Virus record (IMG/VR): IMGVR_UViG_3300038393_000548
Location: 1 to 29,949 of that record
Source of the DNA: a virus
Lineage: Duplodnaviria > Caudoviricetes
Reading direction: 5' to 3' (one strand)
Length of the DNA: 29,949 nucleotides
The notes under the pieces were generated by a model. It ran no database searches. It saw only the letters and a program-made list of their open reading frames with translations, and was not told where the DNA came from. A program made the position numbers and the translations under genes. Shown one piece after another: positions 18,448-26,913 of this stretch. How positions within the stretch are numbered: the stretch's first letter is position 1; each line of letters opens with the position of its first letter.

Positions 18448-19281
18448 TTACCTCCATTTTAGATATTCTTCTTCGGTTAGACCCATCTGCTTTGCGACGT
18501 ATCGTTCTGCGTCCGTAAGGGTTTCTGTTGGAGTAGCTTTGCTTCCTTGCGGCGGAAGTGCTGATTGTTTACGTCCTGAAATTTCTGCCAAGGCTTCGTT
18601 TTTAGCCGCTTGTTTGAGTGATTCTGTGATCTTTGCTCCATGTAAAGCGAAAACGGCTTGAGCTAAAGGAATGTCAGGGTTTCTTACAGTGTCCAACATA
18701 TACTGGCTTGCGGCCTGCAAATCGTCATCCGAAAGCATCGGGTACTGCTTTTTGAGTTCAACACTCTCCGTTTGAACACGGGTTTCCCATAATTGGAACT
18801 GAGTTCGAATTAACTCCTGTTGCGCGTCAGCAGCTTTCTTCTGCTCAGTTTCTATTTGCTGAATATGCTCTACAGGCACATTCTGTTTTTCAGCGATTTG
18901 CTGGATTCGAGCTTGATTGATACGCTCCTGAATTTGTGCAATCGGCATTCCATACATTTCTTCCAGAATCTTAGCCGTCTGAAATGCAGGATCGGATGCC
19001 TTCAGCTTTTCGAGTTCGGCTTTTGCGCGTTCCTCTGCTTGCCGCTGACGACGCTCTTCGGCAAATTTCGCATTTTCCTCAGGCGTTTGCACCTTCTTCT
19101 CAGGCTTCGAATCTTCTTCCTCAGTTTCGGGAGCTTGTTCTTCCGATTCTTCGGTTTCGGTTTCAAGTTCCTTCGTTTCAGGTTCTTGGGCAGTTTCAGG
19201 TTCAGCGGAAAAGTCCAAATCTTCTATACTAGCATCAGGTTGTCCACCGTTTTGCGTTGCTTCAAATTCATCGATATTCAT
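18448..19281 (-). CDS. Capsid scaffolding protein
   Basis: Acidic N-terminus, QTPEENAKFAEERR coiled coil, C-terminal LTDAERYVAKQMGLTEEEYLKW. SD AAGGAG supports start 19281 rather than 19371. Confidence 0.85.
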   Translation of the reverse strand: MNIDEFEATQNGGQPDASIEDLDFSAEPETAQEPETKELETETEESEEQAPETEEEDSKPEKKVQTPEENAKFAEERRQRQAEERAKAELEKLKASDPAFQTAKILEEMYGMPIAQIQERINQARIQQIAEKQNVPVEHIQQIETEQKKAADAQQELIRTQFQLWETRVQTESVELKKQYPMLSDDDLQAASQYMLDTVRNPDIPLAQAVFALHGAKITESLKQAAKNEALAEISGRKQSALPPQGSKATPTETLTDAERYVAKQMGLTEEEYLKWR

Positions 19282-19382
19282 GCGTATCTCTCCTTTGACT
19301 TTTTGCGCTGTCAGGCGTATGTAGTGAGGGTAGTTTGTATGGGCTGTACGTAGCCACCGATAAACATACAATCTACAAATCT

Positions 19383-19411
19383 AGTATACCTTAACTAGTA
19401 AACTTTGTAAA
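19383..19411 (-). promoter_or_regulatory. Promoter of the scaffold-capsid operon
   Basis: TTTACA-N17-TATACT on the - strand. Confidence 0.65.
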
Positions 19412-19421
19412 TAGATTTATA

Positions 19422-19451
19422 GTATAAATGATTACAAGAGCGGGCATACTG
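19422..19451 (+). promoter_or_regulatory. sigmaF/sigmaG-like (forespore) promoter
   Basis: GTATA-N15-GGGCATACTG matches sigmaF consensus GYATA-N15-GGnnAnAHTR; also reads GTATA-N18-CATACTG for sigmaG. Confidence 0.7.
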
Positions 19452-19468
19452 TATCTAAAGAAAAGGGG

Positions 19469-19828
19469 GTGGTTGCGTTCAATGCTCGTATTCATTTAGG
19501 ATTCGGATTAATGCTATACTGTCTTTTCCTAGCTAATGGAACGGTTTTCAATCCTGTATTCTATTTCATTGGATGTATATTAATGGACGGAGATCATCCC
19601 CACGCTCCAATTAGTTTATTGTTTCCGTTTTGGCGATTGGGTTTTAAACACCGTGGCGGGACGCATACACTCTATTTTGTCGTGGCTGTATGGTTACTGG
19701 TATGGATACTATTTAGTTGGTGGTCTGCGATTTCGATATTCGTCGGGTTGATGACGCATTTGGTTATGGATTCCGCAACACCTTCAGGCGTGTATTGGTT
19801 CGGAAGAAAAAAGGCTACCCGAAGGTAG
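19469..19828 (+). CDS. YdjM/DUF457-family membrane-bound metal-dependent hydrolase
   Basis: RIHLGFG, ILMDGDH, HRGGTHTL and THLVMDSATPSGV motifs with TM helices; antisense to the surrounding structural genes. Confidence 0.85.
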   Translation: MVAFNARIHLGFGLMLYCLFLANGTVFNPVFYFIGCILMDGDHPHAPISLLFPFWRLGFKHRGGTHTLYFVVAVWLLVWILFSWWSAISIFVGLMTHLVMDSATPSGVYWFGRKKATRR

Positions 19829-19838
19829 CCTTGTTTTT
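19807..19838. terminator. Bidirectional intrinsic terminator
   Basis: AAGGCTACC-cgaa-GGTAGCCTT (C-UUCG-G loop on the - strand) with flanking A/T tracts. Confidence 0.85.
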
Positions 19839-20040
19839 AATTTCGTGCAATCGCGGCGTTTGCCCACATAATTGCCGTTTCAAGATTCGTCATAGCAACG
19901 GACTTTTCACGACTATTCGGGCAAGATTCTTCAATCAAGTAAGCCAATTCTTTAGCTTTTTCTCGTAACTCATGATACGCTTGAATTTGTTCAGGTGAAG
20001 GTGCATGATACCTAAAATTGTTTTCGATTTGTGGATTCAT
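19837..20040 (-). CDS. Acb2/Tad1-like helical hairpin protein (candidate immune-signal sponge)
   Basis: NNFRYHAP...CPNSREKSVAMTNLETAIMWANAAIAR resembles the SRE-x-x-x-A-x-T-x-(L/V)-E-x-A-x-MW hairpin shared by Tad1/Acb2. Confidence 0.68.
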   Translation of the reverse strand: MNPQIENNFRYHAPSPEQIQAYHELREKAKELAYLIEESCPNSREKSVAMTNLETAIMWANAAIARN

Positions 20041-20043
20041 GGT

Positions 20044-22029
20044 TTACATTCCCCTATTCATATTATTCATCGCTGCGCCTGCACTTATTGGTGCATCTTG
20101 GCCTGCTGCTGCGGGAGCCTGTCCAGTACCGGGAGCGACGTTCAAACCGTTGTCAGTATGTTCCAAAAGCATTTGATTATCGATCTGCTTTTGAGCAAAA
20201 GCCTGTTGCATAATCTGTTCCAAAGTTTGGTAAATTACGCCTTGGTCTTTGCTGTTCATCGTGAAGCTGATTTCACCGTTTGGCATGATTTTAGGCGGCT
20301 GCTGTGCTTCACGCTGTGCAAGAATAGCGGCATCCTTCTTCATCCGAGCTAAGATTTCCGGCGCGATGGAGAAGTTTTTCATGCGAATCCATTCCTGCGG
20401 AGTCATTACGGCAGGCTGGAAGTTGAATTGTCCTTGCATCTGCATAAGGTTATCGGCTTCTTGACTTTTAAGTGCCTGCGTCATCGGTGCCACGGCATAG
20501 GTATCGCACTTAACCAACCATTCCAAGTTATCCGCATCCAAATCTTTGATCGGTTCAAAATCTACATACTCTACGGTACCGTCCGGCTGTGGGATAGCTA
20601 AAGGGCGTGCATCTTTCCATTTACGGAGAATAAAGTGCATAATCAAATTGGAAATTTGTTCGACGAAATCATCGACCTGAAGCATTTTATCTTTGTCACG
20701 GACGGTTGCTCGTTCAATCAGCGCATTCACGCCAGTGGATGTGGTGAGTGATCCGACACTTTGACCCGTATACGCTTCATTGATTCCAGCCATATCTTTA
20801 ATATCAGCTTTCATTCTGTCGCTAATCTCCATCAACCCGCGCGGGATTTCAGGCGGCTGTACGTTGTGGATGGATTGGCTAGGGTCTTCGTTGGAAGTCC
20901 AAACTTTCCCCGGCATCGTCCCGGTGCGCGCCAATTCCTGAGCATTGATACCTGAAGATCGAGAAACGACTTTCTGCGGGTTTTGGTGCATTGTTGCGAT
21001 GATGGAAGCTGTTTGGTCTGATTTATTAAGAACCTTTTGATTTTCTAAGGCATCCATCGCTATAGAAGTACCCCAAAAATCTTGGTCTTCTTCTTCATCG
21101 TAATAAACTGCGAACGGATAAATATTTGGCTTTACATCTTCCAGACGGAGAAGGAACCAGTTATTGTTTTTTGTGTAATAACTTACATCCAAATGCCAAC
21201 GACCATCTTCACCTAAATAACGTTCCCAATGTGTGTGTAGCGTTACCATTTCATCCCCGCGAATACGTGCCAAATTGTTATTCGGCTTGTTGTCACGGTC
21301 AAGGTAGGAACCATCTGCTGCGTCTTCTTTATCCGTTTGGTCGCCATGCATTTCATCAAATGCTTTCAGACCTAAAGGATGATTTTCTTTCACGTATTTT
21401 CGGAAAGCCTTATTGTTACGAATGGAGCTAAAGGGAAGTAATTCTGTCGTATCAATCCACTTACAGTCTTGTAAACGGTAAGCATCCGGGTCAGGGAAGA
21501 AGTTGTAAATCGGATACTGCTTGACGCAAATTTTACCTTGAAATAATTTGTTTTCAGGATCATTTTCACCCTTGTATGTACCACCTACGTATGTATCATC
21601 TTCGTATACATAAGCGATGGATGTTCCTAAAAGTCCGGCGCGGTCAATACAGCGGCGAATCGTCTTTGGAACTTTTTCCCAATGCCATACATGCTCGTAG
21701 CCTTTTTTAAGCTGATCCATAATTTGCTTGTAGCGGGTATCTAAAGGAGAAATTTGCACCATCGGAATGGAGCTTGCAAGGTTCGCCCGCTTTGTTGTGC
21801 GGAGAAAACGGATCATATTCGTAACAGGCTTCGGTACCCATGGCGGGATGTTGGAGTTTTTCCACTGTTCTCCACGATCAAAAGTATCCAGTAGTGTCCA
21901 TTTTTGCTGCTTTCCGACTACGCCCTGCTGCGCCGAACGGAATCTTGTAAAATACTGGTTTACAAGCTGTGCGGGACGGTCTTTCTCCTGAGCCTGCTCG
22001 TTGACTACCGTTTGTGCCGGACTGCTCAT
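20044..22029 (-). CDS. Portal protein (P22/podovirus-type)
   Basis: 661 aa; GEQW...KPVTNMIR, FFPDPDA, YPFAVY...FWGTS, MAGINEAYTG motifs; Q/M-rich tail; follows TerL. Confidence 0.9.
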   Translation of the reverse strand: MSSPAQTVVNEQAQEKDRPAQLVNQYFTRFRSAQQGVVGKQQKWTLLDTFDRGEQWKNSNIPPWVPKPVTNMIRFLRTTKRANLASSIPMVQISPLDTRYKQIMDQLKKGYEHVWHWEKVPKTIRRCIDRAGLLGTSIAYVYEDDTYVGGTYKGENDPENKLFQGKICVKQYPIYNFFPDPDAYRLQDCKWIDTTELLPFSSIRNNKAFRKYVKENHPLGLKAFDEMHGDQTDKEDAADGSYLDRDNKPNNNLARIRGDEMVTLHTHWERYLGEDGRWHLDVSYYTKNNNWFLLRLEDVKPNIYPFAVYYDEEEDQDFWGTSIAMDALENQKVLNKSDQTASIIATMHQNPQKVVSRSSGINAQELARTGTMPGKVWTSNEDPSQSIHNVQPPEIPRGLMEISDRMKADIKDMAGINEAYTGQSVGSLTTSTGVNALIERATVRDKDKMLQVDDFVEQISNLIMHFILRKWKDARPLAIPQPDGTVEYVDFEPIKDLDADNLEWLVKCDTYAVAPMTQALKSQEADNLMQMQGQFNFQPAVMTPQEWIRMKNFSIAPEILARMKKDAAILAQREAQQPPKIMPNGEISFTMNSKDQGVIYQTLEQIMQQAFAQKQIDNQMLLEHTDNGLNVAPGTGQAPAAAGQDAPISAGAAMNNMNRGM

Positions 22030-22337
22030 TGTTCAAATCCCCCTTGATCTTGCCACATTTGTTTTTGTAAACTCATCCATTCAATCTCTTCTACTGTTAA
22101 ATCAGGTGTTGCCGACTTAACTTCTTTAGCCTTTTTTGGCTCCGGCTTCTGACGGATGACTGCCCTCATATCGTGAACGTTCATAATACCTATAGAACTG
22201 TCTACGATAAAATTCTCGATTTTCCGCTGCATCGCGTGAAGAATCAGTTTGTAATCATCATTAGTTAGTTCGAAAATCAGATAACTGCCGTCGCGGTAGT
22301 AAATTGCGTAAGGGTTGGTTACTTTTTTAGTTGCCAT
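22026..22337 (-). CDS. Hypothetical protein
   Basis: 103-aa ORF coupled to the portal start. Confidence 0.7.
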   Translation of the reverse strand: MATKKVTNPYAIYYRDGSYLIFELTNDDYKLILHAMQRKIENFIVDSSIGIMNVHDMRAVIRQKPEPKKAKEVKSATPDLTVEEIEWMSLQKQMWQDQGGFEQ

Positions 22338-22341
22338 AAGA

Positions 22342-22614
22342 TCAGTCCTTTTGATTCTGACATGTAATTTGCGTACCTTGAGTCCAAGGAATAAAGTCTT
22401 TTCCTAAAGTGCGCTGATACTCTGTTAGTTTAAATGATTGCACAGGTTGAAGACCAAAAAGGCGTTCGGCTTCCTGTAAAGCCTTTATAATATCGGGAAA
22501 GGCTTCGAATGTAATTGTTGTACCTAACACATCACCGAACCAAAGTTCGATTGTGCTATTATTACATTTTTTAATTTCAAAACCATCTATACCAATTCGA
22601 TTTATTTTAGACAT
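22342..22614 (-). CDS. Hypothetical protein
   Basis: Start MSKINR at 22614 with SD AGGAGG, overlapping the TerL stop. Confidence 0.65.
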   Translation of the reverse strand: MSKINRIGIDGFEIKKCNNSTIELWFGDVLGTTITFEAFPDIIKALQEAERLFGLQPVQSFKLTEYQRTLGKDFIPWTQGTQITCQNQKD

Positions 22615-24115
22615 AATCGAGAAAACCTCCTTTAGATTCTTCATCTTCGTATTCGTATTCGTCGTCGGTCTTTAGGTTGTAGCGTTTAGGCGGCGCGAAA
22701 GCGTCGTTTTTCAGATCGTCGGGATTCTCAGGTAAACGCATGAGGTTATACCTCAAGCTGTCCATCGCGTGATCGTCTTTTTTGACAGGCTTTTCGTCCA
22801 AGTTTTTGTTCGTATCATCCATGGTAATTTCAGGAAATTTATAATTAAGACCTTCTTTAATCGTATTTACGCAGGATCGGAAAATTTTCAGTTTACCACG
22901 TTCGATGTACGAGTTTACACGCAAAATTCCGGCTTCAATCTCATTATTTGCGGGCTGAAAGAATAGATCGTACTCTGCATAAAGAGCTTGGACACTTTTA
23001 CCGTTGATCGGATCGGATTTATTCTTAGCTGAAGGATCGATAACCATATGCCGGATCAATCCCGCAGGGATTTCGTTGATTGTTGGCTTGATACCTTGAG
23101 CATGTTCGGGAACTAAAGTATTAGGTTTGTAGTATTCCTTGTAGAGATAGGCTATACCTTCCTTCGGATCAATCGCAAGGTACGTAACAGCCGTTGGATT
23201 TCGTAAACCATGGTCTAAAGCAATCCCACGTTCCCATGTTTTTGCTATTTTGTCGAAATCAGGTATGTCATCAATAATCGCATTCATGAAATTTGGGTAA
23301 ACCATACCTTCGCTGTGTTCAAAACTTCCTTGCAGGAAGCGTTTTATCCACCAAAGCGGCTTCCCTTTACTGTTGATTTCGATAAAGTTACGCGGCAGGT
23401 ATTTATTCAGGTGCGTTGCCCATACAAAAGTGGTTACGAATGGGTTGTAATCTTCATGTTCAGGGTGCTTTGGATTACGACGAAGGTCGTTATCAGGGAA
23501 AATCTCTTTAATCCACCCTAAATCCGGGTTGGAGCAAACCATAAACAGCTTATTTTTGACGAATGGATCGCGTAAACGGGTTAAGATTTGATCGTAGATC
23601 GTCCGTTTTATCCCTGACGCTTCCTCCATATGGCAGATACCTGCATTAATAGATCGGAGTTTTTCCTCATCATCTGACGGGATCGTATAAAAGACAAATC
23701 CATTGATAAGCTCAATCTCTCCATCAGACTTATTATAACGTTCAATAAGAGGGGGAGGACAAACCTCATTAAAGAATGTTTTGAGAGTCGTTCGTTTAAG
23801 TTGTTGGAGAGTCGGAGCAGTAAGTAAGCCAGTACCTTTTGGATTTTCAAGCGCACGTATTAAAACCTCCGTTAAACTTGATCTCGACTTACCCGAACCG
23901 TATCCCCCGAAGGCTCCCACGATTTGTGTATCGATTTCCCATTGTCCTGTATCTTCGTTGAAGGATTCTGTGTATTCAACTTCATGGATTCCCTCCTGAT
24001 AATCCTGCGGAGTATAAGTAAGTTCAATAGCTCCACAGTCCGGGCATTGAAGGTATGCAGGATGATTATTTGCCGGGGGCTGCATGTAGCCTACGTGACA
24101 CTGAAGACATTGCAT
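22607..24115 (-). CDS. terL: Terminase large subunit (PBSX/terminase_3-like) with N-terminal Zn ribbon
   Basis: Walker A GGYGSGKS, Walker B CHMEEAS, motif III CSNP, nuclease IALDHG...IDPSA...DDHAMDSLRY. Confidence 0.95.
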   Translation of the reverse strand: MQCLQCHVGYMQPPANNHPAYLQCPDCGAIELTYTPQDYQEGIHEVEYTESFNEDTGQWEIDTQIVGAFGGYGSGKSRSSLTEVLIRALENPKGTGLLTAPTLQQLKRTTLKTFFNEVCPPPLIERYNKSDGEIELINGFVFYTIPSDDEEKLRSINAGICHMEEASGIKRTIYDQILTRLRDPFVKNKLFMVCSNPDLGWIKEIFPDNDLRRNPKHPEHEDYNPFVTTFVWATHLNKYLPRNFIEINSKGKPLWWIKRFLQGSFEHSEGMVYPNFMNAIIDDIPDFDKIAKTWERGIALDHGLRNPTAVTYLAIDPKEGIAYLYKEYYKPNTLVPEHAQGIKPTINEIPAGLIRHMVIDPSAKNKSDPINGKSVQALYAEYDLFFQPANNEIEAGILRVNSYIERGKLKIFRSCVNTIKEGLNYKFPEITMDDTNKNLDEKPVKKDDHAMDSLRYNLMRLPENPDDLKNDAFAPPKRYNLKTDDEYEYEDEESKGGFLDYV

Positions 24116-24298
24116 TTACATCACTCTTTCTCCGATGCGGTAAAAGTGTCCATCGTCACCGCGACAGATTAAAGGTTGACCACATTTATTACAGTTATAG
24201 AAACCTGTTTTTGTATCATTCCAATCTTCAGCCATAAGATCAATCAAATGTTCGCCACATGGACAGCTTACGTAGATATATTTGCTGATCAGTTTCAT
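24116..24298 (-). CDS. Small zinc-finger protein
   Basis: CPCG and CNKCG; SD GGAGTG supports start MKLISK at 24298. Confidence 0.65.
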   Translation of the reverse strand: MKLISKYIYVSCPCGEHLIDLMAEDWNDTKTGFYNCNKCGQPLICRGDDGHFYRIGERVM

Positions 24299-24302
24299 AA
24301 AA

Positions 24303-24830
24303 TCACTCCGTTGAAGGTTGTTCGGCTTGCTGTAGTTGGGATTCATGCATTTCCTGTTGTTGGATAATGTTATTGTCGTGTTGTTCTTGTGCCTGCGCTG
24401 TTTGCTGTTGGTGGGTTTGTTGTTGCTGTTCCATTTGTTTAACTAAAGCAAGCTGTTCAAGTCCGACCCGCTGTTCGTCGGCTTCAGCTTTGCGACTCTC
24501 CAAATGAAGCTTATGCTCCATTTGTTGCTTTTCTAACTGCTGTTCAAACTGCTGCGCCATAATATCTAAAGCATGTTGATGATGCATCTTTTGCCGTTCA
24601 ATTTCAAGTTGCGCTGCCGGATCGGATTGCGCTGCGCGGGCTGTTCGTGACTGCACCATCCCGGTATGAAGGGCTTTAAAGACTTCCGATAGCGGGGCAA
24701 GAGCTTTTGTCGCTTCGAACGTGCTTTGACTTTGATTGAGAACCAAAGACATTTTTGTTAAAACATCATTGACGACAACCGCGATGTGTTTTTCGGTCAG
24801 CTCTAGTGGGTCTTGTGGGTTGTTTATCAT
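24303..24830 (-). CDS. Gln/His-rich coiled-coil protein
   Basis: 175 aa; C-terminal half Q-rich; coupled to its neighbours. Confidence 0.7.
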   Translation of the reverse strand: MINNPQDPLELTEKHIAVVVNDVLTKMSLVLNQSQSTFEATKALAPLSEVFKALHTGMVQSRTARAAQSDPAAQLEIERQKMHHQHALDIMAQQFEQQLEKQQMEHKLHLESRKAEADEQRVGLEQLALVKQMEQQQQTHQQQTAQAQEQHDNNIIQQQEMHESQLQQAEQPSTE

Positions 24831-25177
24831 TCCATTACCTCCGATTTAAAGCTGTCACAAACTGCCTTGAATAAAGAGTCTTTTGTGCGCTGATATTTCG
24901 GCAATTCGTCATAGCGCATAATACAAGGATGTGTCTTTAGTTCGGGGTTCTTTTCTTTGCCGTAAACCCAACCTTCTTCTAACTTCTGCTTCAGCCAGTT
25001 TTCGTGCGACATTTCAGGTGTTACATCGTTTTCTAAATGAAATTTCACACCGTTTATTGCGCTGCTTTTCTGCCATTCGGGAGCATCTTCCCAAGCAGGC
25101 TGTGAGTGATCGTTTTGTGAGATGCAATAAGCTCGATTAACTTCATGACAAATTTTTGCAATTAATTCAAGATTCAT
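24827..25177 (-). CDS. Stand-alone RyR (ryanodine receptor repeat) domain protein
   Basis: SHENWLKQKLEEGWVYGKEKNPELKTHPCIMRYDELPKYQRTKD is the RyR domain signature (H-x-x-W...GW-x-YG...K-x-HP...Y-x-x-LP...KD). Confidence 0.88.
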   Translation of the reverse strand: MNLELIAKICHEVNRAYCISQNDHSQPAWEDAPEWQKSSAINGVKFHLENDVTPEMSHENWLKQKLEEGWVYGKEKNPELKTHPCIMRYDELPKYQRTKDSLFKAVCDSFKSEVME

Positions 25178-25398
25178 ACTGGCGATACCTCCTTAAAATG
25201 GGTGAAAAGATGTTCCCACCGGGAAGCGGGGTTGTTTATGTAGCTACCTACGAGAAGTACGGGCGTATCTGAAGAGTACCCTCTCAGCATGTCGCCATGA
25301 TACACGTAAGGGCATTGGGCGCGATCAAGTTCTTCTTCGGTGATATATTCCACATATTCCCTAAAATTACCTGCAATAATAATCATTTTAGGTTGCAT
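25174..25398 (-). CDS. Hypothetical protein
   Basis: Probable start MQPKMIIIAGN at 25398, overlapping the upstream stop. Confidence 0.6.
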   Translation of the reverse strand: MQPKMIIIAGNFREYVEYITEEELDRAQCPYVYHGDMLRGYSSDTPVLLVGSYINNPASRWEHLFTHFKEVSPV

Positions 25399-25634
25399 CA
25401 AAACACCGCTTTCCCTATGAAAATGAGGATTAGTAGTCGTGCGATAATTCCTATAGCAAAACCCCATGCATTTCGGTCTTCTTTCCGAAATTTTTCGAGT
25501 ATATAAGCTAAAGCATCGGATGTGCTTGTTAATATTAAAGCAACTTTAAGGAATATTAGCATCATCCCCAAATACACCACCCTACGCAAATTCCTAAACC
25601 AAAAGTAAGTTCTCCATAGAGAATCCATGCCCAA
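25398..25634 (-). CDS. Small membrane protein (start uncertain, possibly 25565)
   Basis: Two hydrophobic segments; in-operon position. Confidence 0.5.
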   Translation of the reverse strand: MGMDSLWRTYFWFRNLRRVVYLGMMLIFLKVALILTSTSDALAYILEKFRKEDRNAWGFAIGIIARLLILIFIGKAVF

Positions 25635-25652
25635 AATGGAACTTCTTTAGTT

Positions 25653-26081
25653 TTAAACATCAGCGGCTTCCTCCTGTGGGCGTGGTTTGATTTTTGGGCG
25701 TTGGATTTGGTGCAAGACGATCACTTTGGAGTTATCTTGTTGATTGAATATTCCGGCGAGTTCGTTGATCTGTTTTGCTGCCGTGGTGTCGCCTAACATA
25801 GCTTCTTTTTGCAGGGCTGTGAACGCTTTCCGGGACGCGATTTGTGAGTTAAATGCCATCTGGCTTTTTATGTAAGACTGAACGGTGTCCATCTGAAGAA
25901 ACTGCTGCCAAAGGTCTTTGTTTCCGATTTGAAGTTTTGCCGTCAACTCGATAGGGCTTAAATGTAACGCGAAATCATTAGTATCAAATTCATCTGCTAA
26001 ACGTAAAAATACGTCTTGTTTCTCTCCTGCTAAAGTCTGAAAAGTGCTGCTATTTTGCAGCATTGCTATTAATTGAGCCAT
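25653..26081 (-). CDS. Putative terminase small subunit
   Basis: 142 aa, helical; ALQKEAMLGDTTAAKQINELAG oligomerisation-type helix pair and C-terminal VIVL strand; upstream of TerL. Confidence 0.5.
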   Translation of the reverse strand: MAQLIAMLQNSSTFQTLAGEKQDVFLRLADEFDTNDFALHLSPIELTAKLQIGNKDLWQQFLQMDTVQSYIKSQMAFNSQIASRKAFTALQKEAMLGDTTAAKQINELAGIFNQQDNSKVIVLHQIQRPKIKPRPQEEAADV

Positions 26082-26590
26082 ATCCCATTCTCCTTTCGGA
26101 AAGTTTCTACAGCTTTGCTTGCATCTTCTAAGTCTCCGTAATATCCAAGATCATTGTAAGTACCGTGTAATGTAACGGCTGCTCTCCACATCGATCTTAC
26201 TCTATCCCAAGTAACATTTCTTACACCTGAGGAATTTCTTGTATCTGCCTTACCTTTTCGATTATGACCATTTTCGGAATAGTTTACCAAACGTAAATTT
26301 TCTAAACGGTTATCTAAAGGATTATGATTCCGATGGTCAACTAACTTTGATTCAGGGGCATCTGTTAACCAACGATGAAACATTACATTTTGTTGTTTAT
26401 ACTTTCCGATTTTAAGTCCACCTGAAATATAATAAGTATCAGAAGCTTTAATATGTCGAGCAAACCAAGTATACGGAAATTCGTTTGCTTTATTTAACAT
26501 CTTTGTGTCAATTAAACATTCAAGTATTTGCCCTTTGCATTTTACGTAAATTATAGTAATATCTCCATCTACATAAAAATCATTTTTCAT
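26069..26590 (-). CDS. HNH homing endonuclease with AP2 domain
   Basis: FHRWL...VDHRNHNPLDNRLENLR...N; SSGVRNVTW...WRAAV...LGYYGDLEDA. Confidence 0.92.
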   Translation of the reverse strand: MKNDFYVDGDITIIYVKCKGQILECLIDTKMLNKANEFPYTWFARHIKASDTYYISGGLKIGKYKQQNVMFHRWLTDAPESKLVDHRNHNPLDNRLENLRLVNYSENGHNRKGKADTRNSSGVRNVTWDRVRSMWRAAVTLHGTYNDLGYYGDLEDASKAVETFRKENGIWLN

Positions 26591-26913
26591 AATATTTTAC
26601 CTTCCTTACGAAGTCTGCTGAGCTTATTTCGGATGGATTTTTCGGTTCTAGGAGGTTGGAGCTTCGCTCCAATCTCCTTAGCTGTAACGTTCGTGTTGTT
26701 GTAAAGGTCAATGATGGTCAGAATGTCGGTTTCGGTCAGCTTAGGCCGCGTACCGACGCGATCAGCCGGGGTCATACTATAAGGCGTACGCCGGACGTTG
26801 ATACCGTCTGTACACAGCGGGCAAAACGGCTTCTTTCGGGTGGTCGGTGTCCAATAAATGGTAAACATCACCCGGCAGTCGTAGCAATAGTATTTAGTTG
26901 CGCTTCTTGCCAT
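26587..26913 (-). CDS. Zn-ribbon plus HTH DNA-binding protein (candidate transcription regulator)
   Basis: CYDC...CPLC followed by TAKEIGAKLQPPRTEKSIRNKLSRL; SD GGAGG supports start 26913. Confidence 0.7.
   Translation of the reverse strand: MARSATKYYCYDCRVMFTIYWTPTTRKKPFCPLCTDGINVRRTPYSMTPADRVGTRPKLTETDILTIIDLYNNTNVTAKEIGAKLQPPRTEKSIRNKLSRLRKEGKIL

Noticed and set aside
19282-19371. 30-aa N-terminal extension of the scaffold in the ORF track
   Set aside because: No SD at 19371, which lies at the predicted TSS; strong SD precedes 19281.
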